DNA from: Cycas panzhihuaensis
Taxonomy: Eukaryota > Plantae > Cycadophyta
NCBI GenBank assembly: GCA_023213395.1
Contig: CM041465.1
Coordinates: 159,409,741 to 159,473,740, forward strand
DNA length: 64,000 nucleotides
Direction: 5' to 3'
Positions 38,107 through 51,649 of this stretch are shown in pieces (within the stretch, counting starts at the first letter, position 1; each line of letters begins with the position of its first letter). Made by a program: the position numbers and the translations under genes. The notes beneath the pieces were generated by a model. It was not told where the DNA came from. It did no database searches and saw only the letters and a list, made by a program, of their open reading frames with translations.

Positions 38107-39299
38107 ATGATGTACTATCTTATTTTGAATGATATAATTCATTATGTATATAGATAGAGGCCCATTTGCACCCCATTTGATGTATGATGATGGTGTATTT
38201 TATTATTTAGATCTCTTGTATATATATTTGTATGTATATAGGTATAGGTGCATGGATGCACGTGGGGCTATAGATTATGATGATTTTGGTTTATTGCTAG
38301 ATGATTCTTATTACTAGATTGTTTGGGATTCATATACTTTCTTTTATACCAAGTTGTACTCCTAGTAGGCACACACAACCACCTTGAGTATAGGTGATAG
38401 GCACGTGTGAGGCTAAAATATGGAGAGCCAACATGTCCTTCAAAGGAGCATAACAGGATATGCAAAGGAAGCATCGATGGGGGAGAAAGTAGAAATACTC
38501 GAGCATGTGATCCTAACTAGAGTACGCCTCCAAGCTTGGGAGAGATAGAAGACCACACATCGAATAAGGAGGAGAGGTTTCCTAGGGAAGGGAAACAAAA
38601 GGTGTTGTAGGAGGAACCTGAGAAGATAGGAAAGCCACCCTAAGCTGCCATTCCATCTACAATTAGGGGGAATGGGGGTGTGCTTAGAGTAGTAGTTTAG
38701 GCTCATTTTAGAATGAAAAAAGGAGAAAAAAGTGTGTCTAATCTACATAGGTATAGAGATAGTTACACATAGAATTAGAGATAGATGACGAAGGGTGGGC
38801 CTTACATGGCTAGGTTTATAAGTAAAATGGTTTTGGTCAGAACCAAATGAGTACAATAGAACTAACATGCAACAGATCACGTGGTAAGGTTTCATCTGAG
38901 TAGGACTGGCTCTGGTCCTAAGTGAGGACCTAGAGCATGAAGAAGAAATACCTCTATGAGTGGTTCGTCGGTGTGGATGCCTATGTGAAGCCACTCGAGA
39001 AGGGCGAGAAAATGAAAGAAGTAGCCGATTCAGAACTAGCATCTCTGGAGCTAATGTAGGATAAAGAGAAGAGTGAACATCTGATCAGGGTATCTCCCTA
39101 GGTGTGTGTGAAACCAAGGTGACACGCCGAGGAGGGGGCTCCTTACCCTTGCTATCTAACTCAGAGTCACCCATGACGGTTAAGTAACCGTAGCTACCTA
39201 CACCAATATGGGAAAACCTAACTAGCTTTGGCTCATGACAGGGCATATGTTCCAATTGATGAAGTTTAGTCTCCTGAAAAAGGGGCCCCATGGAAGGGA

Positions 39300-40883
39300 T
39301 AGCCAACAAGGAGTAAATAATGTTACAAATGTCGTCAATGCTGTAGAAGTTACAACGTGCAACTTTTGCAACTTTGATAAGGCTAGGACAAAGGGAAAAA
39401 GAGATATGGGATGGAGGCTAAAAACACGCTTATGTAGGACTAACGAAGACTAGTAGCAAGCACATAAATGGGTTGTCTACGCTACTACCAGCAGTGACCT
39501 TCTTTCCAATAGCCCTTTGGAAACCCAAGAGAAGCACAGAGAAAGAAGAGATAAGGAGATAAGAGGGTTTCCCTTAAGGAGAAGGCTTGTTGGGTGCAGA
39601 ACCATGCCTTTGTTGCTTTCACTCTCTATGAGTGCCTCCCCATTGCTGCCTCCTTAAAGAAACCAAGGAGTAGTTGGAAGAACAAAAGGAAACCAATGAA
39701 AAATGGAGGGTTTGCCTCCCATTTATAGTAGAGAAAATAGAGAAAACATGATGCAAAAGTATTGATAAATGATGTTTTTGTTACTCAAAGGGAGGGAAAA
39801 TAAGGTATAAGCTCAGAGATACCTACTGTATGCAGATCAGAGGCAGATCTACCTAAGAAAAAGGGGAGACAAACCAACCATGTGGGGTTTGCGGGTGGGA
39901 AACCCCAAAGAAGTAGTAAGCTAGAAAGAAACTGGAGTGAAGAGGAGAATCTAAGCTTGATGGAGCACTTGGAGTGTGATCTTCACTTGGGTGGCCACGT
40001 TATAGGCCTGTTACTCTATGTTTGGAGCTGTAGGAGGCTAGTAGCTAGATGAGAAGTTGACGTAGTAGGTTATGTCTTGTTGCAAGGCCTTTTTTAATGA
40101 AGTGGTAGAAAAAATGAATGAGAGAGAGAGAAAATGAGGATGTTTTTGGGTTTTTAAACCCAACCCTAACTCAATTGAGTGATTAGGATTTGGCTTGGTC
40201 TAGAAATAAGTCATTGCCATATGGTAATTTCATAATAAATGCAAAACTAGTCATGGCAAATTTTAAAAAATAAATTGTGACATTTGCCATATGGTAAACT
40301 TAGCAGTACCATGAAGTTTGCAGTGGTACTGCAAAGTTTATTGCAGTGCAGCATAGGCATGGAGAAAAATGAAGGTAAAGAAGCCCAAAAGCTCTGAAAG
40401 AAGGGAAACTCAGTCCTAGAGGGGCATGGTACTCTATCCAGGTTGTAGGAAAGGGTTGTGGGGCTTACAAAAGCCTATAATAGACATGTATTAATGGTAA
40501 GAAGTTCCCAAAAAGATCAATAAATAGGTGGAGGATGCTAACTAAGCCTAGACGAGGTGTTGGGATTCATGATGTGCTAATAAGTGATGAGATTGGGATA
40601 CAGAGGCCAAAATGGTACTTGGGAACATTGCAGAAACATGAAGGGGGGTTATGGAGCACCATGGGACTCATATCCCTAGATCCTCATAGGCTAAAAAAAG
40701 TGATAGGATGCAATATAGCCAAGCAATGAATGCATAATGATTATGCAGTGAATCAATCATCATGTAATAGAAATGCAGTGCTTCAATCCACCTTTCCTAG
40801 AATTGATAAAGGTGAGGGATAGAAGCGCACCTATACTTACCTAATTCAACTCGCTCGTGTCCATTCCTATTAGTTGGGAAACA
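39300..40883 (-). repeat. Internal partial LTR (U3-side half) between the two cassette copies
   Basis: Homologous to about 32370-33945 and 49485-51070. Confidence 0.9.
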
Positions 40884-40956
40884 CTACCTCGTTGGCAATA
40901 GAACCTCACTACTCAGAAGCGTATTGTGATGACAAATATTAGAAACAAAATGTTAG

Positions 40957-40958
<2 letters not shown>

Positions 40959-40986
<28 letters not shown>
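40959..40986. repeat. (AT)14 microsatellite
   Basis: Direct reading; shorter AT runs lie at the homologous sites 34021 and 20985. Confidence 0.95.
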
Positions 40987-40992
<6 letters not shown>

Positions 40993-41403
40993 TAAATACA
41001 ACAATGGTATGAGCCAAGGGTGACGACAAGTGTTTTGGTAGGATGCGTGGATAGGGAGACGAGAGAGAGGCAACATAGGGACTACCTATACATTTCCCTA
41101 AAGCCAATAGGTAGAACAAATAGATGGGGGGATTCCCCCATCATATAAATGTAACATAAATAGTAGTGACAGCCATGGGTAAGATCAAGCAGATGCTACA
41201 GATGAGATGTTATGTACATAAAAGAGTTAGAATAATAAGGACTTCGTACTGAGAGTAGTATGAATGGTAGGGTGAAGAGAATAAACTTGATAGTCACCAT
41301 AGTTTAACCTTATTGGCAACTAGCTTTCAGAGATATGAGCGAATCACAAGATGAAAGAATGGGATGACCTAGAACTTGGGCACTAGGCAACCGAGTAGGT
41401 CCT

Positions 41404-41826
41404 TCAAGGAGGATCATTGAGGAGAGGGAGGTGACGCTCAAGGATGAGACAGACGAGGTTACCTACCTTAACATTACAGTATAGAGGGATATGTTGGATA
41501 TCAACGGAAGAGAAATGAGATAAAAAGGACCTAACAGTCAAGGCGAGGGCTCGCAAGCATGGGCAATGCACCTAGTAGACCTAAGTGAGATGAGACATCA
41601 CGACCTGAGAGTTGCAAAGAAGGATGATGGGTCTGTGGTGGAAGTAGAGCATATCGGTAAGGGCTTCAATAATGATTATGTACTTAGCTTCGTTATTTGT
41701 GGCTTTAGGAAGGAAGACCCCAGAACATATGTAATCATATCCGGAGGGGTCAAGGAGGATCTATACAGTGGAAGAAGGGCCTGGGTTACCATGACTTCCA
41801 CTGTTGGTGAAGATGAGTAATGCCAT
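41404..41826 (-). pseudogene. Stand-alone RNase HI (aRH), cassette copy B
   Basis: 141 codons: MALLIFTNSGSHGNPGPSSTV*ILLDPSG..FLPKATNNEAKY..CNSQVV..DIQHIPLYCN. Confidence 0.85.
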
Positions 41827-43029
41827 AGTATGGAAATGGGGATCTTGGTGAGATAGATGAAAAAAAATAGTGACAATGGGCTCGATGAGTAAAGAAAGGT
41901 ATGAAAGGTAGAACTGGGGCTATGAAGTACTCAGAAGGCTATAAATAGGGACCATTGGGGATAAGAGAGCCTTAGAAGAAGGCCACCTAAGGACGAGGAG
42001 ATCGACCCAATGGAGAGGAAGGGAACAACGACAAAAAGGACCCCTTTAGGGTCCTAAAAGTCACTAAAAGAGCCTCGGTGAGGTCCAAGATGAGGGTGGC
42101 ACTTCCTTTGGGAGCCCCAAAGGCTTGAACGGGTAGTAAAAATGAACTCAGTGCAGCGAAACAGGCTAAATGAATATAAACATGAGCATGCTTTGGGATA
42201 GTGTAAAAATCAAGAGAAAAGGAGTCTACTAGAGATTGAAGGGGTTGTTATAAATGTGTCAATGAGGCAAAAAATGGAGGCTATGGAGGTGAAATGAGGG
42301 ATAAGCTAAGAAGGTAAAGGTGATGTGGGAAAAGAGGTAGTCGTAAGGGTTATCGTGACAGAAGAAAAGGAGGAAGTGACCATAAGGGCCCTCGCCTATA
42401 TAAGGGAAACTTGGCAAAAACTAAATTCATTTTCACATACTCACATTCGATCTGGAGCCCTTTCCCTTATGCAGTGGATCACTGCCTAACTTTAGAGGCA
42501 TGTAAAGGGAGATCTAACCGTTGGATCGAGGCACAAAGACAGTCATCAGGTCTGGGACGATGAGATGGCAATAGCGAGACTGAATCCAGTGAGTGGATCA
42601 CCCCCTACCCATTCCATTTCGTCCATTTAATTTAATGTGTTTTTATACTTTTTAGAGTAGTTTTTTGCCGCTTAATGGCAAATTTGGACCCTCTGGAGCC
42701 TGATTTGGGCCCAGAGAGGGGGAGGATTAGGGTATTAGGTAGCCTTGGTCCTAGTGGGCCTGAGTGTGGTCCACTTAGGTAAAACATTTTTAGTTTTTTT
42801 TGCATTACCCCCCCTTTGTGTAAGGGGTATGGATGGCCCCATGGCGAAATATGTGGTACCACAGATTTTGCCATAGGGCCACTGAGAAAATACTAAAATC
42901 TCAGTGGGGCCCGTATCAAACTCTGCGGTATTATAGAGTTTAACATGGGCCATAGCACAACAAGCAGAAAGAAGAAGAAAAGGGGCACGAAAAGGTGCCA
43001 AACTTAGCCTGAAGAAGGGGAGAGGGAAC

Positions 43030-45176
43030 ATGAGGGCAGGCAAGTAGAGTGTGGAGTATTCTAACTGGTTGTTGGGTGCTTTTATAGGTAGTTGTCGTGG
43101 TGGACAACCGCGAGAACATAGGGATAGAGATGATGAGCTTTATCAAGATGACAACATGGGGGGATTGACAGACACTATGGTGATGTGGACTACTGAAGAT
43201 TTTATGGATGCCTCAGTATGCTTCAAATCAGTGTCTCCTAGTAGATATAGTCACTGATTAGGATCGCAGGTGATATGTGCTCCACCTCCCCTAGGTGAGG
43301 GATATCACTATTACACCAGGGGACATTCAGAGGATCCTAAGCACACTAGCATGAGGAGCGCTAATGTCGCTAGGGATATTGCCTAGTAATGATACTACAC
43401 ATAAGGAGGTGACCACATTCTTTACTGGCTAGGATAGGTGGGACAGACGAGGAGTGTCGATCCAAACTATGGTTTTGTCACAGATTTCTCAAGTGAGGAA
43501 GTTGATCACATTGGGCATTCTATTCTAGGTTTCTCAAAAATAGAACTATAAGGACATACCCAATGGATGGATGGAGACACTCAGGAGGCATAAGGCTGGG
43601 GACTACTCTGATAGTGGCAAACATGGTCACCCAGTTAGATGCCATTAGGGTGACTAGGAGAGGAGGAATCTCTTATTGCACACTACTACAATGCTAGTTT
43701 TTTAATTATTTTGGGGTAGTAGCACAACCAAGAGGACCATACCCCATCTCGCCATGGGATCCTATGGTACACATGTGGAAGACTCAGTTTAAGAGGACCG
43801 AGGAAAAGGCTCATGTTAGGTGATCGATGGAGGCGACATCACTAGACCTCCTTACCATGATGGACTATACGGAGGACCCATATAGAGGAGTGAGGTGGGA
43901 TAGCGATGACGAGACAGGAGGAGTAGGAGGTACCCTTGGAGATGGAGATGATGATGATGAAGGTGATGGGGGCAATGGGGAAAGTCCATCGAGAGCAGCA
44001 GGTGGTGAGGTGGGTCCATCATGGACCGCAAGAGATGAGGCATGACCTTTAGGAGTTGTAGGAGAAGAGGCTAGTCCCTCAGGAACTACAGGGAGAGGTA
44101 GGCCACCCTGCACACTAGTACATAGACTGAGGGTGATGGTCAGAGGTTAGGAAGTAATAACGGTAGTAGAAATAGTGAGAGAGAGGGGAGGAGATACCCT
44201 AATAGGCTAAGTGGTAGGTGAGGTGGTACCTGAGGAGGAGGAGGTACCAACAGCTAAGGAAGGTCTCGGGGAGGAGGTGGTCATCCAAGCAGAGGAGCTG
44301 ACCATCTTAGGAGGTGAGACGTTATCTTTTCCTATCGTCTTTTGACCACCAGGTATTTAGATGGCTTATTTTGATTTAGTTTTAGGATTTGATATATACA
44401 TGGATGTATAGACTAACATGTAGTATGTTTGATTTAGCAGGAGCAATAGGGATGGTGAGGTTGGTCAAGGCGATAGTCTGGGAGGTATTTCCCCAGGTCT
44501 ACGTAGAGGGGCAACCTCCCATCCAGGCTGGAGAGGAGCCATGATTGTAGGGGCACACACAATGACATTTGCCCCACTAATTAGGGCTAGGGATATGTGG
44601 GTAACAAAGTCCTAGGAGCATTAAGCGAGGGTGGGATAGTTGTAGGGAGAGCTGGATGGGACTTGAGCAGAGAGGGATCAAGTGGTTGCAGAGAGGGATA
44701 TCCTATAAGGCTGGATCGAGGCATTAGAGGCTGAGGGTAGAGGAGTATGTGGAGATGCAGAGAGTTGCATTTAAATTACCATGCTGGAGGAGAGACTCTA
44801 AGGAGTAGAGGAGGGACTCTGAGTAGTGGAGGGAGAGAGGGATTATATCTAGATGTGATATGATCAATTGGTGGAGCAAATAGTAGAGAGGTTGTTGTGG
44901 AGTAGGACTCAGACTCAAACGATGACAGTGACCCTGAGAAGGCCTCGAGATGAGGGGAGCAAGGCCAAGAGATCACAGAGGTGCAGGAGGAGCCTAGGAG
45001 GCATGTGGTCTCCTGGGAGGGATCACGCTAGCCAGGAGATGACACTATTTGAGCACATGAGCGTTGGAGAGTAGGGTATGATTAATTTTGGTCAGGAAAT
45101 CACTAGACCTCCAGGGAGTCACCATATGTTACCACATGATTGTGCTCCTCCCTACAAGGATTCCAACTTCCTATAG
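43030..45176 (+). pseudogene. Antisense PMD gene with a 127-nt intron (44314-44440), copy B
   Basis: LW*CGLLKILWMPQYASNQCLLVDIVT..DITITPGDIQRIL, EDPYRGVRW; same splice signals as copy A. Confidence 0.75.
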
Positions 45177-46374
45177 ATGATGTACTATATTATTTTGTAT
45201 GATATGATTCATTATGTATATAGACAAGGACCCATTTACACCCCATTTGATGTATGATGATGGTGTATTTTATTGTTTATATCTCTTGTATATATATTTG
45301 TATGTATATAGGCATAGGTGCACAGATGCATGAGGGGCTATATATTTTGATGATTTTGGTTTATTATTAGACGATTCTTGTTACTAGATTATTTAGATGA
45401 TTCCTATACTTTCGTTCATACCAAGCTATACTCCTAGTGGGCACACACAACCACCTTGAGTGTAGGTGATAGGTACATGTGAGGCTAAAATATGGAGAGC
45501 CAACATATGCATCAAAGGATCATAGCAGGATATGCAAAGGAAGCATCGACGGGGGAGAAAGTAGAAGTACTCGAGCATACGGTCCTAGCTAGAGTGCGCT
45601 TCTAAGCTTGAGAGTGATGGAAGACCAGACATTCAATAAGGAGGAGAGGTTTCCTACGGAAGGGAAATAAAAGGTGCCATAGGAGGAACCTGAGAAGATA
45701 GGAAAGCCACCGTAAGCTATCATTCCACCTGTGATTATGGGGGATGGGGGTGTTCTTAGAGTGGTAGTTTAGGCTCATTTCAGAGTGCAAAAAGGAGAAA
45801 ACATTGTGCCTAATCTACATAGGTGTAGAGATAGTTACACATAGAATTAGAGATAGACAACAAAGGGTAGGCCTTACATGGCTAGGATTATAAGTAAAAT
45901 GGTTTTAGTTAGAACTAGATGAGTACAATGGACCTAACATACGACAGATCATGTGGCAAGGTTTCATCTGAGTAGGACTAGCTCTGATCCTAGGTGAGGA
46001 CCTAGAGCATGAAGAAGAAATACCTCTATGAGTGGTCTGTCCATGTGGATGCCTATGCGAAGCCACTCAGGGAGGGCAAGAAAATGAAAGAAGCGGCTGA
46101 TTCAGAACCAACAGATCGAGAGCTAATACAGGATAAAGAGAAGATTGAATATCTGATCAGGGTATCTCCCTAGGTGTGCGTGAAACCAAGGTGACATGCC
46201 GAGGAGAGGGCTCTTTGCCCTCACTATCTGACTCAGAGTCACCCATGATGACTAGGTAATCATAGCCACCTACACCAATAAGGGCAAACCTGAGTAGGTT
46301 TAGCTCATGACAAGGCATACGTTCTGATTGATAAAGGTCAGTCCCAAGAAAAAGGGGCCGCACAGAAGGGATAG

Positions 46375-47160
46375 CCAAGAAGTAGTAAATAATATTATAA
46401 ATGTCATCAATGCTGTAGAAGTTGCAACATGCAACTTTCACAACTTTGACAAGGCTAGGTGAAAGGGAAAAAGAGATATGGGATGGGGGCTAAAAATCTA
46501 CTTATATAGGACTAGCAAGGACTGGTATCAAGTATATCAATGGGTTGTTTATGCTACTTCCAATAGTGACCTTCCTTCCAACGGCCCTTTGGAAACCCAA
46601 GAAAAACACAGAGAAAGAAGAGGTAAGGAGAGAAGAGGGCTACCCTTAAGGAGAAGGCTTGCTGGATGCAGAACCATGCCTTTACTCCTTTCACTCTCTA
46701 CAAGTGCCTCTCCATTGCTGCCTCCTTGAAGAAACTAGGGAGTAGTTGGAAGAACAAAATGAAACCAATGAAAAAGGGAGGGTTTGCCTCCCATTTATAG
46801 TAGAGAAAATAGAGTAAACATGCTACAAAAGTATTGATAAATGATATTTTTGTTACTCAATGGGAGGGAAAACAAGGTATAAGCTTAGAGATACCTACTA
46901 TATGCAGATCAGAGGTAGATCTGCCTAACAAAAAGGGGAGAGAAACTAACCTTGTGGGGTTTGCAGGTGGGAAACCCAAAAGAAGCAGTAAGTTGAAAAG
47001 AAACTAGAGTGAAGAGGAGAATCTAAGCATGTCTGGAGTTGTAGGAGGCTAGTAGTTGGCTAAGAAGTTGACGTAGCAGGTTATGTCCTATTGCAAGGCC
47101 TTTTTTAATGAAGTGGTAGAAAAAATGAATGAGAGAGAGAGCAAATGAGGATGTTTTTAG
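46375..47160 (-). repeat. Internal LTR fragment including the TATA region
   Basis: Homologous to about 32370-33210; CTATAAAT on the minus strand near 46795. Confidence 0.88.
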
Positions 47161-47790
47161 GAACACGGAAGAGGACACACCTTATGTAGTCCCTAAGTAA
47201 CATGTACCATAGGGAGAAAAAGATAGGGTGATGGATGCCCTCATAGTAGGTAAGGGAACTAAACGAGATGGATGTGATGGAGCCAATGTAGAGGAAGGAA
47301 GCACAATGCTTCGTAAGATGTTCTTGAACCACCTAGGATGTGATTGGGGGTGAGCGACTTGGAAGCACTGGTTAAAGGCTTCTACAACATCCACAGGAGT
47401 GGTATCCACCTAATCATAAGAGGTGGAAGGGTCCTCATATGAGGTAGACCCCATGGGATGATCCTCATAAGGATCACCACCAAAGTGGTGGTGCTCTAAA
47501 GGAGAAGATGCCTCCACTTTATGGGTGGAGAGGTGATGGACTTGCGAGTGTTCTATATCACCTGCGTAAAAGATAGGGTCCCCACCCTCTTGGGTGGGCC
47601 CTTGGAAAGAGGTGGATGGCTCATGAGCTTCGGAAGCATAGGCATGATATGCCCAATTTAAAGGGAATCCTTCCATGGTAGAATCAAAATTCAATAAAGG
47701 AAGGGGCCAATAAGAGGAGTCTTCCAGCAAGGGAGGAAGGCCTTGTAAGCGACGAGAGAACCGTCGTATACAATTTTCCGCTATAAATTA
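47161..47790 (-). pseudogene. gag: N-terminal gag fragment
   Basis: RRFSRRLQGLPPLLED motif, shared with the other two Tat-type elements; truncated by the LTR fragment. Confidence 0.75.
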
Positions 47791-47904
47791 GAAGAAAATG
47801 AGATAAGAAATAAAGTGTTGGGGGCTTCCCAACAAATCGAGGAGAGCTACCAGAAAGGAGGTAGCACCAACAAAAAGGGAGAGAGGATTAATCCCTTACT
47901 AGCG

Positions 47905-47924
47905 AGTCCCCAATATGGTCGCCA
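47905..47924 (-). promoter_or_regulatory. tRNA-Arg-type PBS
   Basis: TGGCGACCATATTGGGGACT, 1 nt inside the 5' LTR. Confidence 0.92.
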
Positions 47925-47925
47925 G

Positions 47926-50900
47926 TGGAATCGCACCTCCTCGAGGGGTAACTAAACTTGAATGAGGTCAAGCTAAATGATCAATAACATAGGTAGCTAT
48001 GGACCTATGGTGGCAAGTGAAATCAATCACCTATAAAGGGCATCCATGTGTTATAACATAGGTTCGGGACCCACAAGTGGTGCACAAACTCCTTTGAGGC
48101 AACCCTTCCTCGATTTAGTATGACAGGTAGATGAGGGATCTCCTCAGTTTCCTGAGTAACCTTAAGAGGGGCTCTCCCATCCTTAGATGGGTGAAGAAGG
48201 GCAAAAAAAGAGGGAGGGAATGGCTCTACATACAAGAAAAAAGAGGTATGAAAGAGGCGACTTTTAACTAAAAAAAGGAGAATGGTCCACACATGTGGGC
48301 ATTAAGGTGATGACCAGCGTTGTGGGCTAGAGGTTGACCTACAGGCTAAACGAAAGGAGCCTAACCAAGAGAGGCGAAGGAAATGGAGTAGGGTAAATGG
48401 CCTTGAGAGGGGGGTGTCTCCAAGGCACTAAACCTAGGAACATCTTAGGAGTGGGAATCGATAAAAGAAGTTGTCTCAATGTTTGTGTTTATTTGTGGCA
48501 AGGTAAGGTGATGTAGAAAGGATGTAGTGCATGCAACATTGTGTTTGTATGCATGAAGAAGTTACTTTTCAAAGTAAGAAAATTAATATGAAATTCTCAC
48601 TCATTTATCCACACATGTACCCTCACTCTCTTTATCTTTTAAATGCAAGGAAGAAAAGTCAAAGGGTAGCTATATGGAACAAAAATATATGCAAGAGATG
48701 CAAGGTTTCTAGGTGATACAAAAAGGTAGGAGGGATGCAGGTATGCACATGCATAAATTCTCACTATATGCACTTTATAAAGTAAGCAAACAAACTAGTT
48801 AAGTGTAAGTGACCTAAGCTAATCCTTCTTTTCTTTTTCTCCAAATGATCTCCAAACAAAAGGAATAGAGCAAAGAGAGGAAAATTAGGGAAGTGCAAGA
48901 CGTACCTAGAATACAACGCTGAAGTAGCATTGCCCTTGCTATCCTTGCTACCCTTACTCTTCTCCAACCATGGATGGCACAATGGAATGATTCTGGTGAA
49001 GAAGGGGAGGGTGGCTCCCTTACCTTCCTCCAAATGAAAGGAAAAGACAAGAAAAAAAAGCAATACAAGGAAATGCAAAGGTGGATACAACTTCAACTTA
49101 CAACTTTGCGAGCTATAAGAAATGATGGTTAGAAAGGGAGGAATGTACCCAAAACGAAACCTCCTTCGCTTTCCACACACAATAAGATGACCTGTGATCA
49201 AACAAGATTTGCCATTTCCCAAGGGGCATAAAATAAATGCAGGATAGATATACAATATGGAGAATGATAGGATACACGTATCTTAGTCAAAGAAGCACAT
49301 TCACCACAATATCACTCTTTATCCTTTATGTGTCATCCGATAAACAATATGGGGAGAAGGGGGGAAAAGGGAGAAGGAGGACGACTAGCCTCACAATGGC
49401 TAATCCTCTAGATTAGCAAGTTCTCTACATTACCCAAGTACTAGGATGAGAGGAGGAGTAAGTGCAACAAATTCTTAGAATACAAGCCAAGAAGTAGTAA
49501 ATAATGTTACAAATGTCGTCAATGCTGTAGAAGTTGCAATGTGCAACTTTTACAACTTTGACAAGGCTAGGCCAAAGGGTGAAAGAGATATGAGATGAGG
49601 GCTAAAAACCCACTTGTGTAGGACCAACAAGGACTAGTAGTAAGCACAACAATGGGCTATCTACACTACTTCCAATAGTGACCTTCGTTCCAACGACCCT
49701 TTGGAAACCCAAGAGAAGCACTGAGAAAGAAGAGGTGAGGAGAGAATGGGGCTACCCTTAAGGAGAAGGCTTACCGGGTGCATAACCTTGCCTTTACTCC
49801 TTTCACTCTCTGTGAGTGCCTCTTCTTTGCTACCTCCTTGAAGAAACTAGGGAGTAACCAGAAGAACAAAAGGAAACCAACGAAAAAGGGAGGGTTTACC
49901 TCCTATTTACAGTAGAGAAAATAGAGAAAAAGTACTTCAAAAGTATTGACAAATGATGTTTGTGTTACTCAAAGGGAGGGAAAACAAGGTATAAGCTTAG
50001 AGATAACTATTGTATGCAGATTAGAGGCAGATCTACCTGAGAAAAAGGAGAGAGAAACCAACCCTGTAGGGTTTATAGGTGGGAAACCCCAAAGGAGCAA
50101 CAAATTGAAAAGAAACTAGAGGGAAGAGGAGAATCTGAGATTGATGGAGTACTTGGAGCATGATCTTCACTTGGGTGTCCATGTTATAGGCCTACTACTA
50201 CGTGTTTAGAGCTATAGGAGGCCGGTAGCTAGCTAAGAAGTTGATGTAGAAGGTTCTATCCTGTTGGTGGGAATTTTTTGATGAAGTAGTAAAAAAAAAT
50301 GAATGAGAGAGAGAGAGAAAATATGGATTTTTTTGGGTTTTTAAGCCCAACCCTAGCTCAACCGAGTGATTAGGGTTCAACCTGGGCTGGGAATAAGTCA
50401 TTGCCACGTGGCAATTCTACAATAAATGCAAAATTAGTCATGGTAGATTTTAAAAAAAAAATTATGACAGTCACCCCGCCATAAACTTGGTGGTACCATG
50501 AAGTTTGTAGGGGTACCACAAAGTTTATCGTGGTGTAGCATAAGCATGGAGAAAATTAAAGAGAAAGAAGCCTAAAAGCTCCAAAAAAATGGAAACTCAG
50601 GCCTAGAGGGGCATGGTACTCTTTCCAAGTGGTAAGAAAAGGCTGTGGATCTTAGGAAAGCCTATAACAGATAGGTATTAATGGCAAGAAGTTCCCAAAA
50701 ATATCAACAAATAGGTGAAGGATGCCAACCAAGCCTAGGTAAGGTGCTAGGGGTCATGGTGCACCGATAGGTGATGAGATTAGGCTATAGAGGCCAAAAT
50801 GGTACTTGGGAACATTGCGAAAACACAAAGGAGGGTTATGGAGCGCCATGGGACTCATATCCCTAGATCGTCATAGGCTAAAAAAAGTGTTAAGATGCAA

Positions 50901-51070
50901 TATAGCCAAGTAGCGAATGCATAATGATCATGTAGTGAATCAATCATCGTGTAATACAAATGCAGTGCTTCAATCCACCTCTCTTAGAACTGATAAAGGC
51001 GAGGGATAGAAGCGCACCTGTACTTACCTGAGTCGACTCGCCCGTGTCTATTCCCAGTAGTTAGGAAACA
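47926..51070 (-). repeat. 5' LTR of the 20-kb element
   Basis: Colinear with 30800-33945. Confidence 0.93.
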
Positions 51071-51649
51071 AATACAAAAAGAAAAAACACATAAATACAT
51101 TCAAAACACAATCAGAAGTAGATATATGAATCCATCATTACAATTGTTTACTCATCATTAAGGGGGAAAGGGGGTGATGGGTGAGGTTAGAGTTAATCAT
51201 GCTCAATATATTTATAACACTAAATAATAGTGAAATGATGTATATATGAGAAATCATGTAGTCCATGTGTCACAAGTACAAAATCATAGTCCTTTAGCTT
51301 CCATAGGCATGTATAGATACTCATAAGTGAGCTCTCTTAATCAGACCCCTAAACCCATGAAGTGGACTCACACCCCTCTCCTCTTAAGTCTCTCCCTATA
51401 TCAATGGTCACCCCTATGTTGGATATCAAAAGATACCTTATCCTTCACTTAAGTGATGATTATAAGTATGAATCCTCTCTCTCTTATGAGGAATATATTT
51501 GGTTTATTGTATACTTTGACTAATTATTAGGGCAGTGTGTTTACCTACCTATAGGATATTCATCCTACATAGATGTTGTCTCTTATCTTTAGTGGCCCTT
51601 AACTCTACCTCTCATATCCCTAATTGTGCTACCAACTCTTAATACATAT

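Larger units (their letters stand above)
30800..51070 (-). mobile_element. Non-autonomous Tat-type LTR element lacking PR core, RT and INT, with a duplicated aRH+PMD cassette
   Basis: Perfect TSD AATAC (30795-99, 51071-75), ~3.15-kb LTRs, PBS 47905-47924, no pol motifs seen. Confidence 0.93.
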
